A stretch of DNA of 64,000 bases from Acidobacteriota bacterium (GTDB lineage Bacteria > Acidobacteriota > Blastocatellia > Pyrinomonadales > Pyrinomonadaceae), in the NCBI GenBank assembly GCA_025463125.1, contig JAOAPX010000152.1, positions 19,816 through 83,815 on the forward strand, given 5' to 3'. Below are positions 35,718-45,499 of the stretch, piece after piece. Position numbers and translations under genes: made by a program. The notes below the pieces were generated by a model, which was not told the origin of the DNA, did no database searches, and saw only the letters and a program-made list of their open reading frames with translations. Position 1 is the first letter of the stretch, and each line of letters opens with the position of its first letter.

Positions 35718-36320
35718 ATGAATAGCAAACTGTGGATTCAGAAAGCACTTTCCATGTGCTTAGTTTTTGCTGTAGTTGCGACCTACTCAACGGTTGCTTT
35801 AGCAAATTCGGGGAAAATTGCCGGTGAACTTTTAGTTTCCGGGCAAAATGTTAACGGCGAGATGCCGTTTGTAGTAGTTAATGGAGAAGCGGCAAAAACC
35901 GGTCGTTCCGTTTTTTCGGCAAGCACAATTACGACACCTGACAATACAAATGCCATTATCAATTTAGGCAAACTCGGCAAAGTTCAATTAGCGCCAAAAA
36001 CAAATTTGGTTTTATCCTTCACTGAAAAAGGAATCACCGGCGATCTGCTCTCAGGCAAATTGACGGTTGTAAATTCTTCTGAAGCCGTAAGCATCAAAAC
36101 CGCTAACGGTGAAACTTTGAAACTTAATGCAGGCGATACAGCAACAGCAGCAGCGGGCAAAGCTCAGGATGATGATAATGCGAGCAGCGGCGGTGCGGCT
36201 TGGTTGCCTTGGGCACTTATTTTCGGCGGTGCTGTAGCAGCTATTGTCGTTGCGACAGTTGTAACCGACAACGAAACACAAATAGGCGGCAGTTCGGTTA
36301 TTGTAAGCCCAAGACTTTAA
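35718..36320 (+). CDS. Unknown exported protein: signal peptide, FecR-like beta-rich domain, C-terminal TM helix and conserved tail (paralog 1)
   Basis: A GAGGAG ribosome-binding site. Signal peptide LSMCLVFAVVATYSTVALA. Core segment AIINLGKLGKVQLAPKTNLVLSF...LLSGKLTV. C-terminal segment WALIFGGAVAAIVVATVVTDNETQIGGSSVIVSPRL. Confidence 0.6.
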   Translation: MNSKLWIQKALSMCLVFAVVATYSTVALANSGKIAGELLVSGQNVNGEMPFVVVNGEAAKTGRSVFSASTITTPDNTNAIINLGKLGKVQLAPKTNLVLSFTEKGITGDLLSGKLTVVNSSEAVSIKTANGETLKLNAGDTATAAAGKAQDDDNASSGGAAWLPWALIFGGAVAAIVVATVVTDNETQIGGSSVIVSPRL

Positions 36321-36435
36321 TTTTTTATTTATCCTTTCTTGATGTATCGTGCCATTAACGTATAATCAGGAAAGGTTTTATTTCATAATTCATAATAGGA
36401 TCATAGTTAAGGATTTGATTCAGGAGGATATTATA

Positions 36436-37158
36436 ATGTTCGGCAAAAATGAGATTCGCAAGTCTATTACCGTACTAACCGCTATTGCTGTTTGGTGCGT
36501 GTATTCAATGGTTGCTTTTGCAGCCGCGCCGGATGTGTCCGGCGTCATTTCAGTAACCGGACAAGTAACGGTTAACGGGCAAACCGCCGTAACAAATTCA
36601 ACAATTGTTTCAGGCAGCACAATAGTCACGGGCGCAAATTCATCCGCAGCTATCAATTTAGGCAAAAACGGCAGAATTGAATTAGCGGCTGATTCGAATA
36701 TAACTTTGAAATTTGCCGATAACAGTATCGTCGGCATTCTTTCATCGGGTAAAGCGCGTGTTTCCAACGCTTCAGGCGTTGCTACAACTATCACAACGAA
36801 AGACTCGGCAATCATTGCTGATGCCGGACAGGCAAACAGTTTTGCAGTTGAAGTTGAGTGTTCACATACACACGTTGACACCATGTCAGGTTTGGTTACG
36901 ATGAGAAGCGGCACCAACGACAAACAGGTTGCTGCCGGAACGGACGCAACTACCGGAAATGTTTCGCAAACCGGTTGTGCTCCTTGCTTACGTCCGAATT
37001 CAGCTCCGCCGGTTGCAACACTCGGCTTGGGCGCATTACCGATCGCTTTGATCTTGCTTGCTGCGGCAGGCGCTGTCGGCACGGCGATTATTATCGGAAA
37101 TAACAATGAAACAACGATTACCCCCGTTACGCCGGTAATCGTTAGTACGACTCGATAA
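36436..37158 (+). CDS. Unknown exported protein, paralog 2 of 35718-36320
   Basis: An AGGAGG ribosome-binding site lies 8 nt upstream of the ATG at 36436. Same architecture: AAINLGKNGRIELAADSNITLKF...LSSGKARV, and C-terminal LPIALILLAAAGAVGTAIIIGNNNETTITPVTPVIVSTTR. Confidence 0.6.
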   Translation: MFGKNEIRKSITVLTAIAVWCVYSMVAFAAAPDVSGVISVTGQVTVNGQTAVTNSTIVSGSTIVTGANSSAAINLGKNGRIELAADSNITLKFADNSIVGILSSGKARVSNASGVATTITTKDSAIIADAGQANSFAVEVECSHTHVDTMSGLVTMRSGTNDKQVAAGTDATTGNVSQTGCAPCLRPNSAPPVATLGLGALPIALILLAAAGAVGTAIIIGNNNETTITPVTPVIVSTTR

Positions 37159-37311
37159 TTTGTCTGCAATTTTACTGTTGTAGGTTTTATATTATTAGTC
37201 TAAAATCTGCGGGTCATATTTTTAGAAATGTGACCCGCAAAACTTTGTCTATATTTGTGAAATATTGAACAATAATCATAAGATTTATTAAAAAGGAATT
37301 ATAAAATATAT

Positions 37312-38610
37312 ATGCATATTACAGTTATCGGTACCGGATATGTCGGTTTAGTGACAGGTGCCTGCTTTGCGGAATTCGGGGTTGAGGTAACATGCGTCGA
37401 TGTCGATAAAACAAAGATCGAAAACTTAAAAAAAGGAATTATACCTATTTACGAACCGGGTTTGGAAAACATAGTTGAAAAGAATTTCAAAGCCGGAAGA
37501 TTGCATTTCACGACCGACATAAAATCTGCTGTCGAACAGGCGTTAGTAGTTTTTCTGGCAGTCGGCACGCCGCCGAAAGCCGACGGTTCGCCCGATATGA
37601 GCTTTTACCAGAAGGCGGCAAAAGACGTTGCCGAAGCAATGAACGGGTACAAAGTTCTGGTTACCAAATCAACCGTACCGGTCGGAACCGGCAAATGGCT
37701 CAAAGAATTTGTTCACGAGCAACAAAAAACTAAAACTAATTTCGGCGTCGCTTCAAACCCGGAATTTTTGCGTGAAGGCGCGGCGATCGATGATTTTATG
37801 CGCCCGGACCGCGTCGTAATCGGCAGCAACGAGGAAGACGCGATCGCGATTATGAAAGACCTTTACCGCCCGCTTTATTTGATAGAAACCCCGATCGTTA
37901 TTACGTCGCTCGAAGCCGCAGAGCTCACAAAATACGCGGCAAACGCTTTCCTGGCTACGAAAATTACTTTTATAAATGAAATCGCTAATTTGTGCGACGC
38001 GATCGGCTGCGACGTTCATGATGTGGCGCGCGGCATGGGAATGGACAATCGAATCGGCAGAAAATTTCTTCATCCCGGTCCGGGCTACGGCGGTTCGTGC
38101 TTCCCGAAAGATACGCGGGCTTTAACAACGGTAGCCGATCAATTCGGAGTTGAAACCTTAATTGTCGATGCGGTTGTCGAAGCAAACGAGCGACAGCGGC
38201 AGGCAATGGTTCCGAAAATCGAAAAGCTCGTCGGAGACTTTAAGGGCAAGCAAATCGGAGTACTGGGGCTTTCATTCAAGCCGCAAACCGACGATATGCG
38301 CGAATCGCCGGCAATCGACATTATCAAGGCGATGATCGAGCGCGGAGCTAAAGTTAAAGCTTATGATCCGGTCGCGATGGAAGAAGCGAAACATTGTCTG
38401 CCTGATATTGAGTACGCTTGCGATGAATATGAAGTGATTGAAGGCGCTGATGCTTTAGTTATAATTACGGAATGGAACGAATTTCGCGCCCTCGATATGG
38501 AAAAGGTCAAAAGTCTTTTGAAAGCTCCGAAAATCGCCGATTTGCGTAATATATACGAACCGGAAGTTATGCGCGCTTTGGGTTTTGAATATGTCGGTGT
38601 CGGGCGATAA
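37312..38610 (+). CDS. ugd: UDP-glucose 6-dehydrogenase
   Basis: N-terminal Rossmann motif VIGTGYVGLVTG and the catalytic Cys context GGSCFPKD. 432 aa. Confidence 0.93.
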   Translation: MHITVIGTGYVGLVTGACFAEFGVEVTCVDVDKTKIENLKKGIIPIYEPGLENIVEKNFKAGRLHFTTDIKSAVEQALVVFLAVGTPPKADGSPDMSFYQKAAKDVAEAMNGYKVLVTKSTVPVGTGKWLKEFVHEQQKTKTNFGVASNPEFLREGAAIDDFMRPDRVVIGSNEEDAIAIMKDLYRPLYLIETPIVITSLEAAELTKYAANAFLATKITFINEIANLCDAIGCDVHDVARGMGMDNRIGRKFLHPGPGYGGSCFPKDTRALTTVADQFGVETLIVDAVVEANERQRQAMVPKIEKLVGDFKGKQIGVLGLSFKPQTDDMRESPAIDIIKAMIERGAKVKAYDPVAMEEAKHCLPDIEYACDEYEVIEGADALVIITEWNEFRALDMEKVKSLLKAPKIADLRNIYEPEVMRALGFEYVGVGR

Positions 38611-38663
38611 TTCATTTTATAGATAAGAATTATACAAAAACAAAAAAAACAATTATTTATAAT

Positions 38664-39617
38664 ATGAAAACAGAAACATTTCTTGTAACCGGAGGCGCGG
38701 GTTTTATCGGATCAAACATTGCTGATGAATTGATACGCAAGGGCGGAAAGGTCAAAATTTTAGATAATTTTGTCACAGGTTTTCAGGAAAACCTCGATGA
38801 GATAAACGGAGACTTCGAATTTATTCGCGGCGATTTAAATGACCCCGACATGTTAAAAAAAGCCGTCGAAGGCGTCGATATCATTTTTCATGAAGCGGCG
38901 CTTCCGAGCGTTCCCCGTTCGGTAGAAAATCCTTTAGAAACTCACGAAGCCTGCGTCAACGGAACGTTGAACCTTTTGCTCGCGGCAAAGCAGGCGAAAG
39001 TGAAACGCGTCATCTATGCGGCGTCAAGTTCTGCATACGGAGATCAGCCGACGCTTCCGAAAATCGAAACGATGCGCCCGGAACCGCTTTCGCCTTATGC
39101 GGCGGCGAAACTGATGGGCGAATATTACTGCCAGGTTTTTTCGAATGTTTACGGGTTGGAAACGATTTGTCTGCGTTATTTTAATGTTTTCGGACCGAGG
39201 CAAAATCCTTCTTCAATGTACTCGGGCGTAATTTCGAGATTTATCAACGCTTTGCTGAAAAATGAAACTCCGGTTATATACGGCGACGGCGAGCAATCGA
39301 GAGATTTCACGTACATCGCCAATGTCGTTGACGCCAATATCAGGGCTTCGCAAACGAACAAAGGAATCGGCGGAGTAATGAACGCGGCAAACGGCGAACG
39401 AATTTCTTTGAATGAATTGCTTGAGGTTCTTAAAAATATTACGGGCAAACCTGACGTTAACGCGGATTACCAGCCGGAGCGAAAAGGCGACGTCAAGCAT
39501 TCGCAGTGCTCGAACGCAAAAGCCGTAGAAATGCTCGGATACGAAAAGAAAGTCGGATTGGAAGAAGGCTTAAGAAAAACTATCGACTGGTGGAAATCAA
39601 GCCGCTTTGCAAAATAA
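38664..39617 (+). CDS. NAD-dependent nucleotide-sugar epimerase/dehydratase (SDR family, WbpP/TviC-like)
   Basis: VTGGAGFIGSN and the catalytic YxxxK motif (PYAAAKL). Adjacent to ugd. Confidence 0.85.
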   Translation: MKTETFLVTGGAGFIGSNIADELIRKGGKVKILDNFVTGFQENLDEINGDFEFIRGDLNDPDMLKKAVEGVDIIFHEAALPSVPRSVENPLETHEACVNGTLNLLLAAKQAKVKRVIYAASSSAYGDQPTLPKIETMRPEPLSPYAAAKLMGEYYCQVFSNVYGLETICLRYFNVFGPRQNPSSMYSGVISRFINALLKNETPVIYGDGEQSRDFTYIANVVDANIRASQTNKGIGGVMNAANGERISLNELLEVLKNITGKPDVNADYQPERKGDVKHSQCSNAKAVEMLGYEKKVGLEEGLRKTIDWWKSSRFAK

Positions 39618-39645
39618 ATCAATTATTCAACTTTTAACTCCGGCT

Positions 39646-39700
39646 GAAAAGCACCGGTAAAATCTTATTTCTAAGGAAATTTGCCGGTGCTTTTCTTTAT
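39646..39700 (+). terminator. Terminator after the epimerase gene
   Basis: gaaaagcaccggtaaa / tttgccggtgcttttc is a 16-bp stem (one G-U pair) followed by a T-rich tract. Confidence 0.7.
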
Positions 39701-39846
39701 TTAAAGGTTTTAATTTATCGAAACAAACTTCCGCGAACACGTTTCCGGTCGATTGCGAGTTCGATATCGCGCGTTTTTTGTAATATTAAGCTTATAGATA
39801 AGTTTGGGTCGGGCTTTGAATGTAAATTTTATCTTTAACAATTATA

Positions 39847-39892
39847 CAAAAAGAAGGAGAAAAGTTTTCATCAACTTTTCTCCTTCTTTTTT
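39847..39892. terminator. Bidirectional terminator downstream of the outer-membrane protein gene
   Basis: aagaaggagaaaagtt / aacttttctccttctt is a 16-bp perfect stem flanked by A and T runs. Confidence 0.75.
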
Positions 39893-39907
39893 GGGTTGAA
39901 TTAGATT

Positions 39908-42900
39908 TTACCAGCTAAATCTCATCGATAATTCGACGCGGCGATTTGCAGCGCTTCCGCCGCCGCCTCCGCCGAAGCCGCCAAACCCGCCCGAGATTGA
40001 TGTGGATCGTCCGAAGCGGCTCGAATTAAGATTTCCGACAGGCGTGCCGTAATTAACGTTATTGAACAAATTATTGATATTTATTCCGACGTTTAAATTG
40101 TAAGGCTTTCTTTCGCCGCCTCCGCCGAAGCCTCCGCGACCGCCACCCATTCCGCCGCGTCCGCCGCCCATTCCGCCGCCGCCGCCGCCACCGCGCTGAC
40201 CGCCACCACCGCCGCGCTGACCGCCGCCTGGCTGATCGTTTTGAGCGACAGTATCACCGGAACCGCCGAAACCGAAGTTTTTATTGATTCTTAAGTTAAC
40301 GCTGAAAAACGTCGGGCTTTGCCCGTAATTGCGCGGGATTATGGCGTTCGGATCGTTGTCGCCGACATTGCAGAATGAGTTTATCAAGTTCAAAAAATTG
40401 CAACGCGCGCTCAATTCCCCGTAAGTCGGGCGTTCTGTAAACAGTGAGTCTCCATTTACGTCAACCCCTCTTGTAATGTTAAACGGTCTTCCGGAATTGG
40501 CTACAATAAACGGGCTCAGCGAGATTCCGTAGGGAATCGTAAAATTGCCGCCTAAAGTAAAGTTATGGCGAATATCAAAGGAAGATCTGCCGAATTCACC
40601 GCTTGTGTCGTAGCTGTAAGCCGGAAAACTTCCCGCCCCATCGCTGTCGCCCTCGGCAAAACCGAGTCGATAATTACCGAAAATAGAAACTCCCTGCGAA
40701 AGCATAGTTCTCAGATTGATAACCATCTGATGTTGATTCAAAACTCCGCTCGATTCGTACTGGTAGATATTTCCGAGTGTCGGGTCAGGTCGCGGCGCAT
40801 TTAGGCAATTTACCTGTAGAGGGCAAATCGGCGCATTAATATTTCTCGATCTGAGAACGTGCAAAGTTCTCGAACCGATATAAAACGCAGATAAAGTCGT
40901 TCTCGAAGGCAATTGTCTTTCGACTCCGAGCGTGGTTTGAATGATATACGGAGCCTGTAAATCGTCTGAAATCGTTCTGATGACGCTTGAAGAAGGCAAA
41001 AGCGATTGTATCTGAGCGACAGTCGGAGCGCCGGTTACGCCGCTCAATGTAAAGACGGGCTGATTTAAAAGCGAGATAGCCGCAGCTCTTCGAACCGGAT
41101 CGGGATCATTAGAGTTAACAATAAAGTTTAACTGATTTGAGCCGTTAAATCTTCTCGACTGCAAGCTCAAATTTTCGCTGAACCGCTCATAAAAGACGCC
41201 GATTCCGCCGCGAATAACCGTTTTCGCAGGCGTTCCTCCGCCTGCTCCCGGCGACCACGCGAATGAAAATCGCGGAGCGAAATTCATATTGTCTTTGATA
41301 TTGGTTTGATTTTCGTAGCGCAATCCGAAGCTTAAGGTTAAAGCCGGATTTATACGCCAGTCGTCGGTCACAAACAAACCGACATCGGTTTGTGAAATAC
41401 CGGCTAAAGGATCGCCCGCCGAGATTGAAAACTGTGTCGGATTAAATCTCGGGTCGGTATTTCCGAGCAAATTCTGCCGGTATTGTTCGAGCGGCGAAAC
41501 TGACGGTGAAACGATACAAGTATTATCCAGCTGCGGATTACAGGTCGCAGTTCTTCTAACTTCCGGGATGCCCGGAAACGTAAAAGTTCCGCCGAAGTTG
41601 TTTTCCGAACGATCCTTTAAGGTAATTCCGCGCAGACGCACGCCGAACTTAACCGCGTGCTGCGAATTTGCGCCGAACGAGGTCGTCGTATAGTTTTGCA
41701 GTTCCCAGCTGTTCGTTCGGTTAAAACTCAAACCGATTTGCGAGCCGCCGCCGACAAATGCCGAAGGAACGCTGATCGTCGGTATCGAATTATCGCCCGT
41801 TTGCTCGCGATTATTAAATTCATACTGAAAACGAGTTTCGTTGATCGTTTTCGGATTGATAATCATCGTTTCGGTCAAGCGAAATTCATGCTGTCTGTTT
41901 TCCGTTTCATATGCGCGGCTCGGCAAAGAAGTTTCGCTAATGCCCTGATTCTTAAAGCTCGCGCGCGTAAAGCTATAGCGCATGACCAGCGTGTTGTTTT
42001 GATTTATCTGGTAATCAAATCGAGGGCTGATGGAAAGTCTGCGGTTAGGAACCTGAAATTCCTCGTTAAAATTTACGACATTAAATGTCGGGTCTAAAAC
42101 AAGCGCGTTGACCACAACGTTGCTGTCATCCTCGCGGTTGCTGACATCGATAAAAAACGAAGATTTTCCTTTTTGCACGGGACCGGAAACATTGCCGCCG
42201 TAAAATCTTCTCTGGCTCGGCGCGCGATTCAAGGCAAACGGATTGCGTGAATTAAGACGCGCGTCGCCAAAATTGAAAAACGCCTGTCCGCGCCATTTAT
42301 CCGTTCCAGGTCTGGTTAAAACTTCGATTCGACCGAATCCCAAACGATCGAATTCGGCTGAAAAAGGATTCTGGTTAATGCGAATTTCGCGAATCGATTC
42401 TCGCGGAGGAAGTCTGCCGCCCGTAAAACCGTCGATGTAAATTTGTCCGCCGTTCGGTCCGGCTGAAGGTCCGGCTAAAGCCTGCAAAGCGGCTTCGAGC
42501 TCGTCCGGATCATCCGGTAAAGCTTCCAAATCTTCCTGGCTTAAAACCGTCGCACCGGCATTGCTGTTCGGGTCGGTTGAAACTTCGCTGCCGCTTGAAA
42601 CGTCAACTTGTTCTTCGACGCCTTCGACCGTCAAAACTACATTTAACGATTCTTCCGCGCCTGCTCCGATTTCCACAGCCGCATTTTCATAAAAAGCAAA
42701 ATTCGGCGCGCTGACCCGCAAAATATAAGTTCCCGGCGCGAGTCCGCTGATCGTAAATTCGCCGCGCTGGTCGCTTGTCGTTGTTTTTTCTTTGCCGTCG
42801 GATGAAACGGCAATAACGTTCGCGCCGACAACGATGGAACCGAGCGCGTCAGTTACCTGCCCGGATAAGCTTCCCGTTTGCTGCGCGAAAGTATTTGAAT

Positions 42901-42952
42901 TTATAAATAAAGATAAAATTCCGATTAATAAAAAAGACTTAAAATATTTCAT
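39908..42952 (-). CDS. Large outer-membrane beta-barrel (TonB-dependent-receptor-like) with an N-terminal carboxypeptidase-regulatory-like domain
   Basis: Signal peptide, a CarboxypepD_reg-like segment (GSLSGQVTDALGSIVVGANV...GTYILRVSAPNF), about 900 aa with alternating beta-strand character, and a terminal aromatic residue (RFSW). It contains Gly/Arg/Met-rich inserts. Confidence 0.8.
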   Translation of the reverse strand: MKYFKSFLLIGILSLFINSNTFAQQTGSLSGQVTDALGSIVVGANVIAVSSDGKEKTTTSDQRGEFTISGLAPGTYILRVSAPNFAFYENAAVEIGAGAEESLNVVLTVEGVEEQVDVSSGSEVSTDPNSNAGATVLSQEDLEALPDDPDELEAALQALAGPSAGPNGGQIYIDGFTGGRLPPRESIREIRINQNPFSAEFDRLGFGRIEVLTRPGTDKWRGQAFFNFGDARLNSRNPFALNRAPSQRRFYGGNVSGPVQKGKSSFFIDVSNREDDSNVVVNALVLDPTFNVVNFNEEFQVPNRRLSISPRFDYQINQNNTLVMRYSFTRASFKNQGISETSLPSRAYETENRQHEFRLTETMIINPKTINETRFQYEFNNREQTGDNSIPTISVPSAFVGGGSQIGLSFNRTNSWELQNYTTTSFGANSQHAVKFGVRLRGITLKDRSENNFGGTFTFPGIPEVRRTATCNPQLDNTCIVSPSVSPLEQYRQNLLGNTDPRFNPTQFSISAGDPLAGISQTDVGLFVTDDWRINPALTLSFGLRYENQTNIKDNMNFAPRFSFAWSPGAGGGTPAKTVIRGGIGVFYERFSENLSLQSRRFNGSNQLNFIVNSNDPDPVRRAAAISLLNQPVFTLSGVTGAPTVAQIQSLLPSSSVIRTISDDLQAPYIIQTTLGVERQLPSRTTLSAFYIGSRTLHVLRSRNINAPICPLQVNCLNAPRPDPTLGNIYQYESSGVLNQHQMVINLRTMLSQGVSIFGNYRLGFAEGDSDGAGSFPAYSYDTSGEFGRSSFDIRHNFTLGGNFTIPYGISLSPFIVANSGRPFNITRGVDVNGDSLFTERPTYGELSARCNFLNLINSFCNVGDNDPNAIIPRNYGQSPTFFSVNLRINKNFGFGGSGDTVAQNDQPGGGQRGGGGGQRGGGGGGGMGGGRGGMGGGRGGFGGGGERKPYNLNVGININNLFNNVNYGTPVGNLNSSRFGRSTSISGGFGGFGGGGGGSAANRRVELSMRFSW

Positions 42953-42975
42953 GCAATTTACTCCTAGCTGAGTAT

Positions 42976-43010
42976 AAAAAAAAAGAACGCAGCAAAAAAA
43001 GCATGCGTTC
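42976..43010 (-). terminator. Terminator of the 43031-44275 gene
   Basis: Minus strand: GAACGCA-loop-TGCGTTC followed by a 9-nt U-tract. Confidence 0.65.
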
Positions 43011-43030
43011 CATTAAATAAATATTAGAAT

Positions 43031-44275
43031 TTATGGAAAATCTATTCCGTCGAGTCCGGGAATCGTAAAGCCGCCCTGCGCGCCTTGTCCGCCGCGCTGA
43101 CCGCCGTTGTTAGCTCCCGCAGAAGCCTGCGCGGCTTTTATAAACGGTTCGACACCGGCAAGAAGCTTGATCGCCGTAATGCGATCGGCGTTTACCGTGC
43201 GGCTGCTGGAAACGGCAATCATATCACCCGCTTTCAAATCGGCAACGGTAATATTCGGAAAACGATCGAGCATATCATCAATGCCTCCCTGCGCCCCGCC
43301 GCGCATTCCGCCTCCGCCGAAGCCTCCGCGTCTCTGCCCGTCCCGCGGCTGCTCGCTTTGCCCGCCGGTTGGCGGCGACGGTCGCATTCCGCCTTCGCCT
43401 CTGTTCTCACCTTGCTCGCCGCGGCGCATTCCGCCCTGCGCGGCTCCCATTGTTTGAAACTGCGCCATTCTTTGCGCCATTTCTTCGGGAAACTTCTTAA
43501 CTATTGTCGATGCGGCGACGGCGACGGTTATATCTTTTTTGGTTTGAAAATCGCTGATTACGACTTCGCCTTTGGCGGCGTCGATGCTTTTAACCGTTCC
43601 GGCGACTGTTTGAAACGCGCCCGTTAAAACTTCTTCTGCCGTAAAAGCCGCGCCGTCCGGACTTTTTTCGCCGCGCGCTCGAAGCATATCACCGACTTGT
43701 ATCTCGGAAACGGAGCTTTCTTTCGCTTCACTGTATTTTACAGAGTTCGGCGCATAGCGACGAAATTTCGCATTTTCTTTCGGCGTCAAAATGACGTTTG
43801 TGGTATTGGTTAACCCGCGCACTTCAATCGTTATTTGATTATTTTGCGGGTTGATCGCCGTAACCTTGCCGGCGACGCCGTTTGTCCGCCATTGTTCGGT
43901 TTCTTTTGTTTGTTTCTGCGCGATATCGGATTTGGTCATTAAAAAGACCGATCGCGCCGGAAGCGTTTTTTTATCAGCCGAAAAAATTCCGCTGACCGCG
44001 AGTTTGTCCCCGACGCCGATGTCGGAAAATTGCGCCGCTACGGCATTTCTCAAACTTGGATTTTCCGGCTGCACTCGCTTGTATTCGGTTTTCGCGCTGA
44101 GCAGGATTTCAACCGTACCGTCTTTTGTCTGCAATACAATTCTGCCCGCATCGAGCGCCGTTACATCGCCGATAATTACCGACGGTCGCAGCGAAGCATC
44201 CGTTGTTTGAGCCGAAACCATTGAGAATATGCCCGTTAACAATAATAATGATAATAAAAGTATTTTTTGACGCAT
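43031..44275 (-). CDS. Secreted protein of unknown function with repeated small beta modules and Gly/Arg/Met-rich tracts
   Basis: Signal peptide MRQKILLLSLLLLTGIFSMVSAQ. Repeated G-D/K-V-T-A-I/L-D...I-x-L/I modules. Low-complexity GGMRRGEQGENRGEGGMR...RRGGFGGGGMRGGAQGG. Confidence 0.6.
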   Translation of the reverse strand: MRQKILLLSLLLLTGIFSMVSAQTTDASLRPSVIIGDVTALDAGRIVLQTKDGTVEILLSAKTEYKRVQPENPSLRNAVAAQFSDIGVGDKLAVSGIFSADKKTLPARSVFLMTKSDIAQKQTKETEQWRTNGVAGKVTAINPQNNQITIEVRGLTNTTNVILTPKENAKFRRYAPNSVKYSEAKESSVSEIQVGDMLRARGEKSPDGAAFTAEEVLTGAFQTVAGTVKSIDAAKGEVVISDFQTKKDITVAVAASTIVKKFPEEMAQRMAQFQTMGAAQGGMRRGEQGENRGEGGMRPSPPTGGQSEQPRDGQRRGGFGGGGMRGGAQGGIDDMLDRFPNITVADLKAGDMIAVSSSRTVNADRITAIKLLAGVEPFIKAAQASAGANNGGQRGGQGAQGGFTIPGLDGIDFP

Positions 44276-44520
44276 TTTTTTTAATATCCTATGGAGGTTT
44301 CTAAAATGTTTATACGCAACAATTCCCCAAAGGTTGCGTGAACTGAATTATTAAGACGTTAATATAAGAACTAAAGTTTGATATGAAATGTAAAGAAATG
44401 TAAATAGTTATATACGTATTAGATTATAAACAGCTTGAAAAAGCCAATATGCAGACGTCCGAAATTAAATATTTTGATTTTTATGTTTTTTTATTGAAGC
44501 AAGCCGCGCGGATTATTGAT

Positions 44521-45480
44521 TCAAGCTTTTTTCCAGACGTTTGGCGAGCGAGCGGTAAAAACCAGACCGACTCCGGCAGCAAAAAGCGCGATCAACGCGA
44601 AAGTCCAGACATATGGAATTGAAAGTAAAACGGTCCAGACAAATACGCCTATGAAAATTGCCAGCGTTTCCGATTGATTTTTATCCGCGACAAGTTGCTT
44701 CTGCAAAACTTTGCCGATGCTGACCTGCATCGCAACACGCCCGAAAACATATGCGAGCATCAGTAAAATAAAAGCCATCAGCCCGAAAAGAGCGCTCAGA
44801 TAGTTCGGCAAAACGCTCAAGCTCGCGATAACCGTGATCGTCGTAACGAGAAACGCAAAAAATCCGAGCGCGAAGATTTTCAAGGTCGATAATTGAAAAC
44901 GAGCGATTGCGCGGCTGATCGCGCCGGGCGCGAGCGTTGTCAAACCGATTGAAATCACAAACCAGAAAAGCATCGAAAGAATACGCTGGGCGAGAAAAGC
45001 GAAGGAAAACGAAGGCGAAAAGATTTGCGTCGGATTTTGCGTCAAATCGCGCAATTCTTCCTCGTAACCGGCGTACATAACCGTTTCTTTTCCTTCATTT
45101 CGCAGCGGATTTTTGCTTTCCGCTCGATAAGTTCCGCCGAACACGATGACGTCGCCGCCGATAAAGGCGTTTTCTTTCTGAGTTATCGAGCCGCCGATCG
45201 ACGCGACGTCGCCCTCGACTTTGCCTTCGATAATCACATCGCCGCCGAACGCCAAAACGCCTTTAGCCTGTTTTTTTACAATGACGGTTTTGCCGAACGC
45301 GAAAACTTCCATTTCCGGCGCGTCTTCGATAACGAGCGTGTTTTCATCCGGCGAACTGATTTGAGTTTGAGCGAAAAGCGAAAGCTGGCAAAGAAAAACC
45401 AGGAAAATTCCGCAGATAACCTGACATGGCGCCAATCTAGGATTTATAAAAATGTCGTTTAGTGTTAATGAATGTTTCAC
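44521..45480 (-). CDS. Membrane protein with a bactofilin-like (polymer-forming) repeat domain and a C-terminal multi-TM region
   Basis: GDVIIEGKVEGDVASIGGSITQKENAFIGGDVIVFGG resembles bactofilin-type repeats. Four hydrophobic helices follow. Confidence 0.6.
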   Translation of the reverse strand: MKHSLTLNDIFINPRLAPCQVICGIFLVFLCQLSLFAQTQISSPDENTLVIEDAPEMEVFAFGKTVIVKKQAKGVLAFGGDVIIEGKVEGDVASIGGSITQKENAFIGGDVIVFGGTYRAESKNPLRNEGKETVMYAGYEEELRDLTQNPTQIFSPSFSFAFLAQRILSMLFWFVISIGLTTLAPGAISRAIARFQLSTLKIFALGFFAFLVTTITVIASLSVLPNYLSALFGLMAFILLMLAYVFGRVAMQVSIGKVLQKQLVADKNQSETLAIFIGVFVWTVLLSIPYVWTFALIALFAAGVGLVFTARSPNVWKKA

Positions 45481-45499
45481 TGATTAATTCTTAAAAATC

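Noticed and set aside
36420-37169. 249-aa minus-strand ORF
   Set aside because: It is antisense to the 36436-37158 gene. That gene has an AGGAGG ribosome-binding site, a signal peptide and a clear paralog next door. The antisense frame is an Ala/Thr/Val-rich mirror artefact.
43085-43627. Plus-strand ORFs of 116-180 aa (Pro/Arg-rich)
   Set aside because: They are antisense shadows of the Gly/Arg-rich tract of the 43031-44275 gene.
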